NCBI GenBank assembly: GCA_964016885.1
Contig: OZ024743.1
Location: 327,360,001 to 327,424,000 of the forward strand
DNA length: 64,000 nt
Direction: 5' to 3'
From: Eledone cirrhosa
Lineage: Eukaryota
The notes below the pieces were generated by a model. It was not told the origin of the DNA and ran no database searches. It saw only the letters and a list, made by a program, of their open reading frames with translations. Shown piece after piece: positions 1 to 11,525 of this stretch (its first letter is position 1; every line of letters starts with the position of its first letter). The translations under genes and the position numbers were made by a program.

Positions 1-1157
1 TATACTCTAATCTCTTTAAGTATGAAGAACTAAATTGAATAATGGTCATACTAGTCTTAATTAGTAACCCATTTCTCTCTGTTCTCTCTCTTTATGTGTG
101 TGTGTGTTGGAATTGTTGATTTTTTAAATTATGAATAACAACAAACATTTGGAAGACTCGTTACTAGCAGTAGTCTCAAATTTATTATACATCTTGAATT
201 AACTGGTAATGTGTTCAAGTTTGATCTTTTTATTCAGAATTTTTATTATTTATTTTAATAGTTCTTGATGTTTGGTTTGGAACAATAACATTTGAAAATG
301 CCCCTAGTTCTACAATTCTATTTAAGAAACTTCATTATGTTCCAAACACCAACATAATAATGAGAAAGTTAGTCCCTTCAAATTCTTGATTATTTTCAAA
401 AGGATTAAAAATTCATAAGTAATGTCTTTCATTAGAAATATGGAAATGAAAGAGTAAATGTTTTAACATCTTCATCAGCCACATTTTCATGATGATGGTA
501 GTAATGGCATGTTGTTCATATACTTTTCAGTAGTTGCAAAGGATCATGGGAGCACTAGTAACATTTAAAAAAATTATTCAAACAATTAAAACCTGATTAA
601 TTTCATAGTTAATTTCACTCATGCTATATATGTGCATTGATTGATTTTTTTTTTGTTTTTATTTTGGTATGTATCATACTGCCTCCATAGATACTTTCCT
701 TATTTTATGTGGGATTCTATATAGAATTATAGTATTATTTACTAATGTTTTTTTAAATATTTCCTTACACAACTTTACCTTACAAAATACAACAAGCCTA
801 AACTAGCCAAAAACACAATACACAAAACACAATAATCCAGTTAAGTAAAAATCACAACAGAAAAACCCTTTATACAAAAGATCTTTCAACTGGGATCTTA
901 GTCCACACCTATCAAAGGCATAATACAATGTATCTAATTTTTCATAATATAATCATTCACAAGAATTAAATACAACAAACCTAAATTAGCCAAAAACACA
1001 ACGCACAAAATCCAATTACTCAAATAAATAAATGATAAAGTGTCATACTTGTGTAGCTACTGTTGCAACAATTAGTTGATAATACTACAATTCTATATAG
1101 GATCAAATATGTTTGAGAGAAAAGCTATTCCTTATTGACACATACACATACACACAC

Positions 1158-1239
<82 letters not shown>

Positions 1240-1399
1240 TTATAGAGATATAATTTACACATACACACACACACATGCATATATATATATATATACACAT
1301 ATATGCTTTGATACATATACAAATAATTATATACATACATATATATGCATAAATATATATACATATATTTATATTTATATGCACACATATATATGTACA

Positions 1400-1800
1400 C
1401 GTACATACATACATACATCCTGAATGAATGGTGACTTCTTCGCTTGTGAAGATCAGTGGAAGAATTGATGACCTGTTCTATGTGCTGACACACCCTGAGG
1501 TGGCTATAGAGCCAATCCTTGACCTGCAGGCTCTGGTACAGTTGAAGCTGTCTCAGCATCAGTATGCTCTCAAAGCTTGTGATATCAGCCCTCTTGAAGA
1601 CTTCCTCGTTTGTTACATAGTCCTGCCAATGGATGCACATGATGGAGTGAAGGCATCACTAATTGAATCTTTCCAGTAGCTTGAGCTGCATCTTGTACAG
1701 GACTCTGCTTTCATCTCTGTAGAGGATGGTAGTGATTACAAGAGCTCTGTAGACTCTGATCTTAGTGGTGAGGTGTAGAGAGTGGTTCTGCCACATGCAT
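1400..1800 (-). mobile_element. RTE-clade LINE 3' fragment, internally deleted, with (ATGT)n tail
   Basis: Minus-strand peptides WQNHSLHLTTKIRVYRALVITTILY.DES..LY..QLKLLERF and [22 protein letters not shown] are RTE post-RT motifs. They join directly to an LYSHLRVC C-terminal remnant and a (TACA)n tail. Confidence 0.7.
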
Positions 1801-1804
1801 TTCT

Positions 1805-1955
1805 GCATACATACATACACACATACCCACATACATACATACACACATACCCACATACATACATACACACATACCCACATACATACATACACACATACCC
1901 ACATACATACATACCCACATACATACATACACACATACCCACATACATACATGTA
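1805..1955. repeat. 24-bp minisatellite (CACACATACCCACATACATACATA)n, about 6 copies
   Basis: Directly visible tandem units. Confidence 0.85.
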
Positions 1956-2094
1956 TGTATTGTCCCGTAACTCCTGATAGAGTCATATGGGTGCCGTATT
2001 GACGAATGGTGTTTCTTGGCCATTTTAAGCCTGGTGGAGCCCATCCCCCTCCTGGCCTGAGTACAGCGGATTTCTTCCAAAGAGAGGAAGAATC

Positions 2095-2250
2095 GACCCC
2101 AGTACTAGACTGGTACTTTTTTTTATCAACCTCAAAAGGATGAAAGGCAAAGTTGACCTCGTCAGAATTTGAAATCAGAGAGCAGAGAGCCAGAATGAAT
2201 ACCATAAAGCATTCTATCTGATGTTCTAACGACTCTGCCAATTCAATGCC
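2095..2250 (-). mobile_element. Diverged tRNA-derived SINE (family A)
   Basis: Reverse complement contains GGTCAACTTTGCCTTTCATCCTTTTGAGGTTGATAAAA, the body shared by many SINE copies in the window. Confidence 0.7.
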
Positions 2251-2269
2251 TATACATAATACATACATA

Positions 2270-2665
2270 CATCATCATCATCATCATCATCTTTTAACGT
2301 CCATCTTCCACACTTGCATGGGTTTAGACGGGAATTGTCCCACTTGAGGCAAGAGTGGTTGTCCTGCTCGTATAGGACTGTCTGGCGGGTTTTCTACGGC
2401 TGGATGCTCTTCCTAACACCAACCACGTTTACAGTGTGGACTGGGAGGTTTTTACCATATTACCTACACGGCCACATTACAGCGTGGACTGTGTGTTTTT
2501 TTGTCGTGACACCTACACGACCTCATTTATTTAGGACTGGATGTTGTGGTACCAACATAGCTTTACATTGAAAGGGGTGGTGTGGATGGGGTGGGGGTAG
2601 TGGGACGGGGGTGATTTTTGTTAAGAGGTGCCTACTGACTGTAGGTTTCGCTTTGTACTTAGGCA
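2270..2665 (-). mobile_element. RTE LINE 3' UTR with (GAT)n tail
   Basis: Closely similar to the 3' UTR of the RTE at 55695-56090. Confidence 0.8.
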
Positions 2666-2865
2666 ATACATACATACATACATACACTACAGCTAATTAT
2701 GAATCTATCCATGCAAGTAACAGATAATAGCTTTGATTGAGAAGAATAGTTTTGATTGTTATTGTTGTTGTTGTAATTGATGGAGTTAATAGAACGAATT
2801 TCATGATTGTAAGTCGTCAACATGTTGTCAAGGTTGTGCATCAATCTTTATATATGCCTGCCTGA

Positions 2866-2871
2866 TTTATT
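2866..2871 (-). promoter_or_regulatory. Candidate polyadenylation signal (AATAAA) of USP gene
   Basis: AATAAA on the minus strand about 20 nt after the stop codon. The region is AT-rich, so this could be chance. Confidence 0.25.
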
Positions 2872-2889
2872 TGTTTCCCTTATTATTCT

Positions 2890-3105
2890 TTATTTATGTT
2901 TACTTGTTGCCTTTAGTGGCCTGTACACCAGAACTGGAATGGGAGAATGGTGCACCACAAAATCACTGACACCCCCCAGTAGGGTACGGCGAGTGTGACC
3001 TCGTCCTTTGCTGCCCATCACAATCATAGTCGCATGTTCCTGTTTTGCGATGTCAACAATTAGTGCTCCGCTTTTTCCGGCTCCAGTTCGGAATTTTCCT
3101 CTTAT
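2890..3105 (-). CDS. Universal stress protein (USP/UspA domain) gene, last coding exon (exon 4)
   Basis: Acceptor ...ttcttcTTTATAG| at 3106. Translates IRGKFRTGAGKSGALIVDIAKQEHATMIVMGSKGRGHTRRTLLGGVSDFVVHHSPIPVLVYRPLKATSKHK*, the typical USP C-terminal half (IVMGS.G.G..RR.LLG.VS..VVHH...PVLV). Phase 0 matches exon 3. Confidence 0.93.
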   Translation of the reverse strand: MRGKFRTGAGKSGALIVDIAKQEHATMIVMGSKGRGHTRRTLLGGVSDFVVHHSPIPVLVYRPLKATSKHK

Positions 3106-3110
3106 CTATA

Positions 3111-3356
3111 AAGAAGAAGAAGAAGAAGAAGAAGAAGAAGAAGAAGAAGAAGAAGAAGGAGGAGGAGGAGGAGGAGGAGGAGGAGGAGGAGGAGGAGGAG
3201 GAGGAGGAGGAGGAGGAGGCAGGGGAGGATGAGGAGGAGGAGGAGGAGAAGAAGAAGAAGAAGAAGAAGAAGGAGGAGGAGGAGGAGGAGGAGGAGGAGG
3301 AGGAGGAGAAGAAGAAGAAGAAGAAGAAGAAGAAGAAGAAGAAGAAGAAGAAGAAG
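3111..3356. repeat. Compound (GAA)n/(GGA)n microsatellite abutting the USP exon-4 acceptor
   Basis: Directly visible. On the gene strand it is a ~246-nt (TTC)/(TCC) pyrimidine tract. Confidence 0.95.
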
Positions 3357-3722
3357 GTGAGCAAAGTGTAAACAAATTGGCATACAGAAGGTACCAGATG
3401 CACAATAACACGTGGAGGAGGTGAGACAGGAGTTTCTGACAATAATCTCAAAGTTGCCTCAGTGTAAAAGTAATAAAGTAAAACTTGAAGTTATCGTCAT
3501 TAACTTCATTTTCAAATTACCCTCCTTAATAATTTTCAAATTACCCTCCTTAAATATTCAAATTGCCCTGTTTTGGGGCATGCACCCACATTGGTAATCA
3601 CTGATATATGATGTCAATATGACATTCTGTGGTAACTGGCTTACAACCCCTCCCCCATGCACATAAACAGCTAACACATGGTTCTATTAAAAAGAAAAAT
3701 ATTAACTGTAATTTCAACCAAC

Positions 3723-3814
3723 CTGGAGTTTTTGTAGATGCTCTTTACATCTTTCTTCAACTGTGTCAAGTTTTTCATCCATCTCATGTAGGATCTGTTG
3801 CAGTACTGACACAG
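3723..3814 (-). CDS. USP gene, exon 3
   Basis: Acceptor TTTGTAG| and donor CAG|GTTGGT. Encodes (T)VSVLQQILHEMDEKLDTVEERCKEHLQKLQ, the helical middle of a USP. Phase 1 in and phase 0 out fit the flanking exons. A micro-exon upstream cannot be excluded. Confidence 0.8.
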
Positions 3815-4102
3815 CTACAAATACCAGCAGAGAGATAAAACTGAAGAAATACGTATAACAAACATCAATAACTAATCATATTAACTTTTAGAATTGATCG
3901 ATAAGATCATAGATCTCATTCTCTTCCCTAGTGGGGTAGAACTAGTCAAATCAGACCAAGGAAACAATGTTTTCATTGGTCTTTCAATGTGAATCCAATG
4001 TGAATTCAATTCTCTGCATTGCCAATGCTGTGTTGTCAACAAGCAGCATTTCTCTGATGAGTACTTGATAAACCCCAGATTTAACAGCCAATTGATCTAA
4101 TA

Positions 4103-5412
4103 CAGGGTGCGGACGATATTTGTTCGCAAGATTACTGTCTAGGAAAAAATAACACAGTAGTTTTATTTTTTAAGATATATTTATCAAACTTGGGTCAGTT
4201 TGTCTTCATGACTTGTTCTTTCGATCTCACTCAATAAACCCGCCATTGGCTTTGATGACGGCCTCATGGTGGCCTCGGAACCGGCTACAGGCCTTCGTCA
4301 CTGTCCCCTGACTTAGGCCCCTAAAGGCACTTGTGATCCTGGCCTTTAGATCGTCTTTCGTATTGCAGCTAAATCTGTTGGTGTCTCGTTCCACTACGTC
4401 CCACACAAAGAAGTTGAGGGGGTTGCAGTCAGGCAAGCTGGGAGGCCAGATGTCAGGTGAAGTGAGGTCGACGAAGTTCTCTGACAGCCGGGCTTGGGTC
4501 TTTCGGCTGGTATGGCAGGGCGCTGAGTCTTGCTGCCACACGTACAGCCTACCTGGAGCTACCTGATCGATCTAGGGCTTTACTACCTCGCTCAGAATGC
4601 GGATGTAGCCATCAGTGTTCCCCTTGAGGCCCTCAGGGAAGAAGTGAGGTGGCATGACGTCACCTTGACTGTTGACGACACCTAAGATCAATGTTGTTGC
4701 TGGAAACTTTGTCTGCATGACTCTGGGCATGTCTTTGGATGAGACAGCGAGCCACCTGTTGTTCTGGGAGTTGATCTTCTGGTCTTGGCAGAAGTTTTTC
4801 TCGTCGGAGAAAAACCACAGCATGTCTGGCTCCAGTGGGTGTTTCAACTCGTTGATCAGCTTCTTTGCATGCTTCAGTCGCTTTTCTTGCATCGCCTTTG
4901 ACAGAAATTGTCCTTTCCTCATCTTGTATGAAACGTAGCAAATGTCTTCATGTACCACCAGCCTAATGAGCTTTTCATCCACGCCTTTCTCCCTTGCAAT
5001 GGCACACATCGACTTGCTAGGTTCATTATTGATGATATCCTGAACTTCAACGACGAACTCGGGCATTCTGAAGGCATCAGATAGTCGATCATGTGTTTTC
5101 CTCTCTGATGTTGCTTCGTAGTCGAATCCTGAATCTTCTAATTCCTTTCTGACCTTTTCCACCATTCTCCTGCTGACACTGAGAAAGTCTGAAATTTCCT
5201 TATTTGTCCTCCCGGCGCGGATTCCAAAAAGAACTCCGTGTCTCTTCCACAAATTTGGAGGTTCAAAATTATTCATAATCAATTATTAAATAATGGAAAA
5301 TAAATAATGGAAATATAGTCACTGTTTTTATGAAGACAAGAGTGACAACGGAAGTAAAAAAAATTTGCATAAAATTAGCAGTTGAAAATTGCGAACAAAT
5401 ATCGTCCACACC

Positions 5413-5415
<3 letters not shown>
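4103..5415 (-). mobile_element. Tc1/mariner DNA transposon, maT (DD37D) family, full length but defective
   Basis: 27-bp TIRs CAGGGTG(C/T)GGACGATATTTGTTCGCAA at 4103 and 5415, flanked by TA. Transposase 5282->4227 is in one frame with a single TAG at 4572. Motifs FSDEKNF, QQDSAPCH and PDCNPLN give 37 residues between the 2nd and 3rd catalytic positions; the third D reads N. Confidence 0.93.
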
Positions 5416-5458
<43 letters not shown>

Positions 5459-5504
5459 CACCGTATCTGCCTATCAGATATTATCAAATACACTCACGCA
5501 CATA

Positions 5505-5990
5505 CATCATCATTTTAGGTCCACTTTTCCCTGTTTGCAAGGGTAGGACGGTTCCTCTTTAGCACAGCATCTCTCCATTCGCCACGGTGCCTCATCATCT
5601 CCTCTGTGAGCTTCAGCAATCTGAGGTCAGTTCTCACCACCTCCGTCCATGCTTTTCATGGTCTTATTCTATTGTATCTTCCTTCTACTGGGATTTCTTG
5701 GCACTTCTTCACCCAGCGGTCATCTTTCATGCGCATCACATGTCCATACCCTCGCAGTCTTCTCTCCCGCACACTACAACTTATCCCTCTTATACGCAGT
5801 TTAACTCTCAACTCGTCTATGCTTGGTCGTTCATGCACATTGACATTGCACATCCATCAGAGAATGCTTGCTTAATTTCTCTCCAGCCATCACATATCCT
5901 CCGCAGTCGCTGCCCATGTGTCACTACCATGCAGCATCGCGCATCTCACACAGGCATCATATAACCGACCCTTCATTCATAGGGACAAAC
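5505..5990 (-). mobile_element. RTE LINE 3' fragment
   Basis: Peptide MCNVNVHERPSIDELRVKLRIRGISCSVRERRLR.YGHVMRM is homologous to the C-terminus of the 56044-58248 ORF. Has a (GAT) tail. Confidence 0.8.
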
Positions 5991-6103
5991 CCTACATACA
6001 TATATATCAGATAGGTTGTGGTAAAATACCAGGTTGACCATAACCCACCAGAGTACTCGATACTTGGGATAGTAGAGTGGGTAATATGAAAAGATTCAGG
6101 ACC

Positions 6104-6212
6104 CCAATGGCTGAGCTCTGGCTGTTTTGACAGCTAGTTCCAAACTAAAGTGCCAGTATTCTGGTGCTTTAATTCGATTTAGCTGTCGAAACAGCTGGAG
6201 CTCAGCCATCGG
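6104..6212 (+). repeat. ~50-bp-arm inverted repeat (hairpin) within a dispersed repeat (6010-6230)
   Basis: ATGGCTGAGCTCTGGCTGTTTTGACAGCTAG...AAAGTGCCAG-TATT-CTGGTGCTTT...TAGCTGTCGAAACAGCTGGAGCTCAGCCAT. The 5' part of the host repeat recurs at 58842-58915. Confidence 0.85.
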
Positions 6213-6227
6213 AGTATAAATCTTTTC

Positions 6228-6260
<33 letters not shown>

Positions 6261-6994
6261 TGTACTTATATATAACACCATATCTTCCTGTCAGATATCA
6301 TCAAATACTACATCTGTATACAAGATGTCAACAAGATGCTATTATACTGTGCATAATTCAGCTGATAGTAATAACTTTCCAACAAAAATTTGCTTTGAGT
6401 CCAGTAGAGAGAAATCAATAATTTTCCAATAACTATTTTATTAGAACTAAAGCTGCAGTATTATTGATTTATTTTCATACCCCCCCCCTCCCCCTCTCCA
6501 CTTATTTAGTGCCTAAAAGACAATGTAATTCCCTTTAGGAATACGGAAACATCAGAAAGAATCTGACATGTTGTTGTTGTTGTTGTCATTGTTGAGTAGT
6601 GCTGGCTAGCTGAAGAAGATCATCTTACTCTCAGGACACGGACACACATTTATACAATATACAGTCTATTTATACAATATACAGTCTAACCTTTGCTAGC
6701 AGGGAAAGCAGATGTTAAAACAATGACGACGATGATGATGATGATGATGAATAAAATACAAAGGCTAGATTTCCATAACTCCTTTTATTACATTATTAGC
6801 CATAATGTGCATTTCTGTGGTGCTATTGTTATGTCATCATGCTGTAACACAATTCCTGAAACAACATCTTCAGACAGCCTCTTAGATAATACAATATTGT
6901 GTAACCCATTTCTAAAGCCATACAACCTATTGATATGAAGACAGACCTGCTTTCAATGTTATTTCAAATGTCTGTCACCATATGATATATATAT

Positions 6995-8540
6995 TGATCT
7001 GCAGGCTATAACAGAAGAGTTTAAGACAGGCTGCCCATGGGCGCTTCTGTATGCATATGATCTAAACCCTATAGCTGAATCTGAGGCAGATTTAGAGAAA
7101 AAATTCCAAACCAGGAAGCAAAGCCTAGAATCTAAAAGTCTTAAAGTCAACTTAGCAAAGACCAAAGTCTTAGTATGTAGAAATGATAACAGGGCCCAGA
7201 TTCCCCCAGAGAAATGACCTTGCTCAATAAGCAGGAAAGAAGTAGGTAGAAATTCTATCCTATGCCCCAAATGCAAACTATGGATACACAAGAGATGTGG
7301 TGACATTTCAGGTAGGCTAGAAAAGAACACAGGTTTTATATATGGTTGTTGCACAGGTGCAGTAAGTAACAAGAGCCCACAGGATACTTGCTTCTTTAAA
7401 TGCATAGAGGGGTCAGTAGAAGTAGTTGATAGTTCTCGTTACCTTGGAAACTAAATTAGCAGTGGAGGTGGGTATTCCGAAAATACTGTAGCCAGAGTGA
7501 GAATGGGGTGGAGAAAGTTCAGGGAGCTACTAGTACTGCTAACCACAAAAGGTTTTTTTCCTCAAAATGAAGGGCAGATTGTATGATGAGTGCATACAAA
7601 CAACAATGTTGTATGGCAGTGAGACCTGGGTGCTGTATGCAGAGGACATATGAAGATTGGGAAGAAATGAAGCTTCCATACTTCAATAGATGTGTAATAG
7701 TAATATATATGAATGGTAAAGCATAAATGAACTGACAGAAACTGGGCATAAGAGGGGTCATATGCAGTGTGCAAGAGAGGAGAATGCAGTGGTATGGACA
7801 TGTGATACATGTGAAAAATAACAGCTGTATAAAATGTGCATGGCGCTCAAAGTTGATGGAAGTTATGGAGTAGGAAGACTTGAGGTGAGGTGATAAAAGC
7901 TGACCTTGCACAATTGCACCTCTCAAAGGCAATGACACAGGATCGAGATTTCTGGCATTATGCAGTAATACAAAAGACCCACCTTCCCATGTGCATTGAC
8001 TGAAGCATATATTTTGTATGTACTACCTTTCCTTCCCCCTTCCATACACCTCCACATCCTAACACCTCTCCCTTCATCCACAACCCTCCCCCTTTGCACC
8101 TACCACGTCCTAACACCTCTCCCTTTGTCCACATCCCTCCCCCTTGCACATTCCATATTCTAACACTCCACCCATGTCCTAACACTCTTCCCTCTCACAC
8201 ACGTCCCCAGATCTACCTCCTCAATCCCTACACACCTCCTCCACCCAAGTCCCCAGCCCACACTGTAAAGTGATTGTGATGGTGACACGACAAAAAGCAC
8301 CAAATCCACGCTGTAAAGTGGACCTGTAGGTGTCATGACAAAAAGCACCCAGCACACACTGTAAATGTGGTTGGTGTTAGGAAGGGCATCCAGCCATAGA
8401 AACTAACCCCAAACCAGATTATATGAGCAACACATGGTCATCTGACATGGCTTGCTTCAAAATTGGGACAACTTGTTTAACCCATGCTAGCGTGGAAAAA
8501 TGGACATTAAATGGTGATTATGATTATGATGATGATGATG
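6995..8540 (+). mobile_element. Old, frameshifted RTE LINE (RT C-terminus to tail)
   Basis: Aligns by eye with 59200-60570 (QAITEEFKTGCPW..., C..CK.W.HKRC). Ends in a 3' UTR and (GAT)n. Confidence 0.85.
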
Positions 8541-8636
8541 GTATATATATATATTTGTGTATGTGTGTGTATAGACATTGTTCAGGATGAAAGAGAAAAA
8601 ATTCACAAATTCAGTTCTTTTTCATTGAAATAAACA

Positions 8637-8965
8637 CTCATCATCATCATCATCATCATCATCACCGTTTTATGTCTATTCTTCCATGCTAGCATGGGTT
8701 AGATGGGTTGTCCTGTTGTAGGCAGTGCCCGGTCGGCTGACCTTGTCTTGCTCATACGGGAACTGATTTGGGCTTGATTTCTACAGCTGGATGCCCTTCC
8801 TAACACCAACCTCATTTACAGTGAGTGCTGGGTGCTTTTTTTCCATGATGCACTTCCACGACCACTTTGCAGTGGGAGGGGGTGGGGGCATATTGTCAAC
8901 ATGCTTCAGCTTCGGCTTGTACCTGTGGAAAGTCGGGTCTTCTGTATTACTGTGTGACGCCACTA
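8637..8965 (-). mobile_element. RTE 3' UTR / RTE-tail SINE fragment
   Basis: Similar to 36950-37305 and 63017-63270. (CAT)n tail at 8637-8664. Confidence 0.75.
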
Positions 8966-9758
8966 GGTTTGAAAATAAGTATTAATGTTGATATGATGAT
9001 ATGATTGAAGGTGGCATTCTAGCTTGGCTGGAGTTCAATGACTGAAACCAATAAAAGAATAAAAGAATATATATATATATGTATACAAAAATATTGTGTC
9101 CCAGCATGGGCGTAGTCAAATAACAGAAAACTGAAAGAATTAAAAAATAAAAGAATATATATTTGCCCTAGTTCGTGTATACTTTTAATCTATGTTTTGG
9201 TTGAGTTGTTATTGATTAAATGCCTCAGTATTTGTTCCAGTTCACAGCTTAGAATTTGATAAAGTAGCAATCCACCCCTGGTGATGTATGTCAGGATTCA
9301 GTTTTATTGCTTACTTTTCCTTCTAACAACACACTCCTATACAGGTGATGTTATAATGCACTTCTCTTTCACCTGAAACTGCCATGGGTTTTACTATACG
9401 TAACTGTTTTAAAGTATTTATATCTATCTGAAAAGCTTCCATCATAATTTTAAATAAAGAACTTGATAAATAATAATAAAGTTTGTTATATTACTAAATC
9501 CCTTCAAAATCTTGATTATTTTCAAAATTATTTGAAATTCATAGGTAGTATCTTTTGTTAAAAATATAGTAATAAAAGGGTTAACCTTCTAAACACAGTT
9601 ATCGTCCATTTGCATCTTGTATCGGTCATACTAATGTTGTACAACCTCTATGAAGAGAGACCTCTAAAACATTCTTCTAATGGGTTTATGACCACACTTG
9701 GGCATTTTCACCACAAGAAACAAAATGTAATAAAAAACTTATAAAGATATTCACTTAC

Positions 9759-9839
9759 TTGGCATTAGGATACTAGGGTATTCCAGTATATGAATGAGCA
9801 CAACAAAGTCATCTTTCCGTTGTAGGTTATCAAGGTACC
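9759..9839 (-). CDS. USP gene, exon 2
   Basis: Acceptor TTTATTTAG| and donor A|GTAAGT. 81 bp, phase 1-1. Encodes (W)YLDNLQRKDDFVVLIHILEYPSILMP, the typical USP W/Y...D.VVL.H segment. Confidence 0.88.
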
Positions 9840-10009
9840 CTAAATAAAGAAAAGGAAACTTATTATTTAATTCATTTATCCACCAAGAATGCTGTTACAG
9901 CATTGTGGTTTTGTAAAGAAACAAGAAAATATCCTCAAATCTTTAATAAATTATCGAGTCACCACCAAAGTTGACTGCATGGTTAGGCAGCCTTTGGGTG
10001 CTGGTTTAA

Positions 10010-10223
10010 CCCTTTAAACCAGCCTAGTCCGACCAGAATTGTCTCAGCTCTTTCTGTTCAAACCAGCCATAACTGGCCACTCATACTGACATTAAGGTAT
10101 TGTTCTCAAAATAAATAACATCAAAATCTCGTAGATTCGGTATTATGTGAGATAATTATGTAAGATAAAGCCTTTATCACAAAAATACAATAGTATATAT
10201 AGAGTAATGTAAATGCTAAAGGG
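10010..10223. mobile_element. TTAA-targeting (piggyBac-like) MITE
   Basis: TTAA|CCCTTTA...TAAAGGG|TTAA termini. A related AAAGGGTTAA end occurs at ~9575, with a similar diverged segment at 370-458. Confidence 0.6.
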
Positions 10224-10734
10224 TTAAAGCACCACTCTTGTCAGAAATGTGGGTTTCACTTCCACTGTTACCCCATAAAATCCCTTGTATGGTATTGTTC
10301 AACTGGTTAGAACCAATAAAACAGTAAAGGTTTTCCTTTCTTTTTGAATGTCCTAGGAATGTCAGACAGGTGAGATCCACACCACTCTAGGTTACTGGCA
10401 CAAGTCAGAAACTGTGGAGTGAAATTGGCTCAAGATGGAATCAAATCATTATCACAGACCTAGGAACTTATCAAACTAATATCTTAATCTCAGAGCTGAG
10501 ACTAAGTATAAATATGATTATAAACTAGTCACCCAGTCTATTGAATTAACAGTTTACATATTATAAGTTTGTATCAACTGTAATCATTTAACTATAACCA
10601 TTGGCAACATAATTCTATACTGCTTCAGTTGTTGCTTTGTTGTTCAGCTCCAGGTCAGGTCTGATGGAACACACATATGATCAAAAGCATTCCAGTCGTG
10701 TCTATACTGATTTTTATCAGATATAGTATATCAT

Positions 10735-11525
10735 CATAATCATGATTGAATACCCATTTTCCCAGCTAGCAAGGATTGAAATGGGTCGTCACAGATCAAG
10801 TCAGTACTCAAGTGGAGCTACAGACTCTCAGGTGGGTTGGAGGCTCGCATCTTGCTTTACTTATGTTTTTGCACTCTACTGAGCACTGAGACAGGCTGGA
10901 ACCCATATCTCACTTCCATAGATTCTTGCCCTCTCTACTGCGTGCACTTTATTGGGGCACTAGGGAGGTTGCCATGTCTTTGATGCATGCACATCGACCT
11001 GAGCATACTCATTTCATTTCTTTCTTGCCTTTGCTGGTCTTTTGCATTGAAGGCTCGTGTCTCACTCCCATGTAACATTGCAGTTCACATCCAAGCATCA
11101 TCTACCCTTCACTCTCAGATGAAAGCCCTTTGTTGTCAGCAGAGGTACTAGCTTCCTAAACTTCTTCGAGCCAGCTCTTTTTCTGGCTATGACACTTTCA
11201 GAATATCCTCTCCCACTGCTTAGGATACCTTTGTAACAAAAACTGGCAACAACTGTTGGGGAGCCTCTTGGGTAATCGAGATAATCTATTTTGCATGTGC
11301 TCTTAACGCTTACTTCTATGCATCTGCCGCATACAAAGTCTTTTCCCCATTAAACTGTCTGTAATCTCACTACATCATCTGTACGCCCATAGATTACACT
11401 GTGTGCATCGTATGGAAACTCTGCCTACCCATTTTCAACATATCGAACAAGGCCCCTTTCCTGACCGTGTAAGGTTCCTGCCTTCTTTCCTATTTATCAG
11501 TACTTTAGTCTTTGCTTAGTTATTG
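10735..11525 (-). mobile_element. Decayed RTE LINE fragment
   Basis: Reverse strand shows RTE post-RT motifs (GGRGYSESVIAR..AG..KFRKLVPLLTTKG) and a (GAT) tail. Confidence 0.6.

Noticed and set aside
785-1010. 43-bp direct repeat (785-827 and 968-1010)
   Set aside because: Short, A-rich, with no TSD, termini or structure to support an element call.
3008-3451. Poly-E/G/K/L/S/P/F ORFs
   Set aside because: Readings of the GAA/GGA microsatellite. The real coding sequence is the USP exon 2890-3105 in another frame.
3815-3842. Alternative upstream acceptor (TTCTTCAG at 3841) for USP exon 3
   Set aside because: Joined to exon 2 in phase 1 it hits a TAG stop after 8 codons. The 3815 acceptor keeps the frame.
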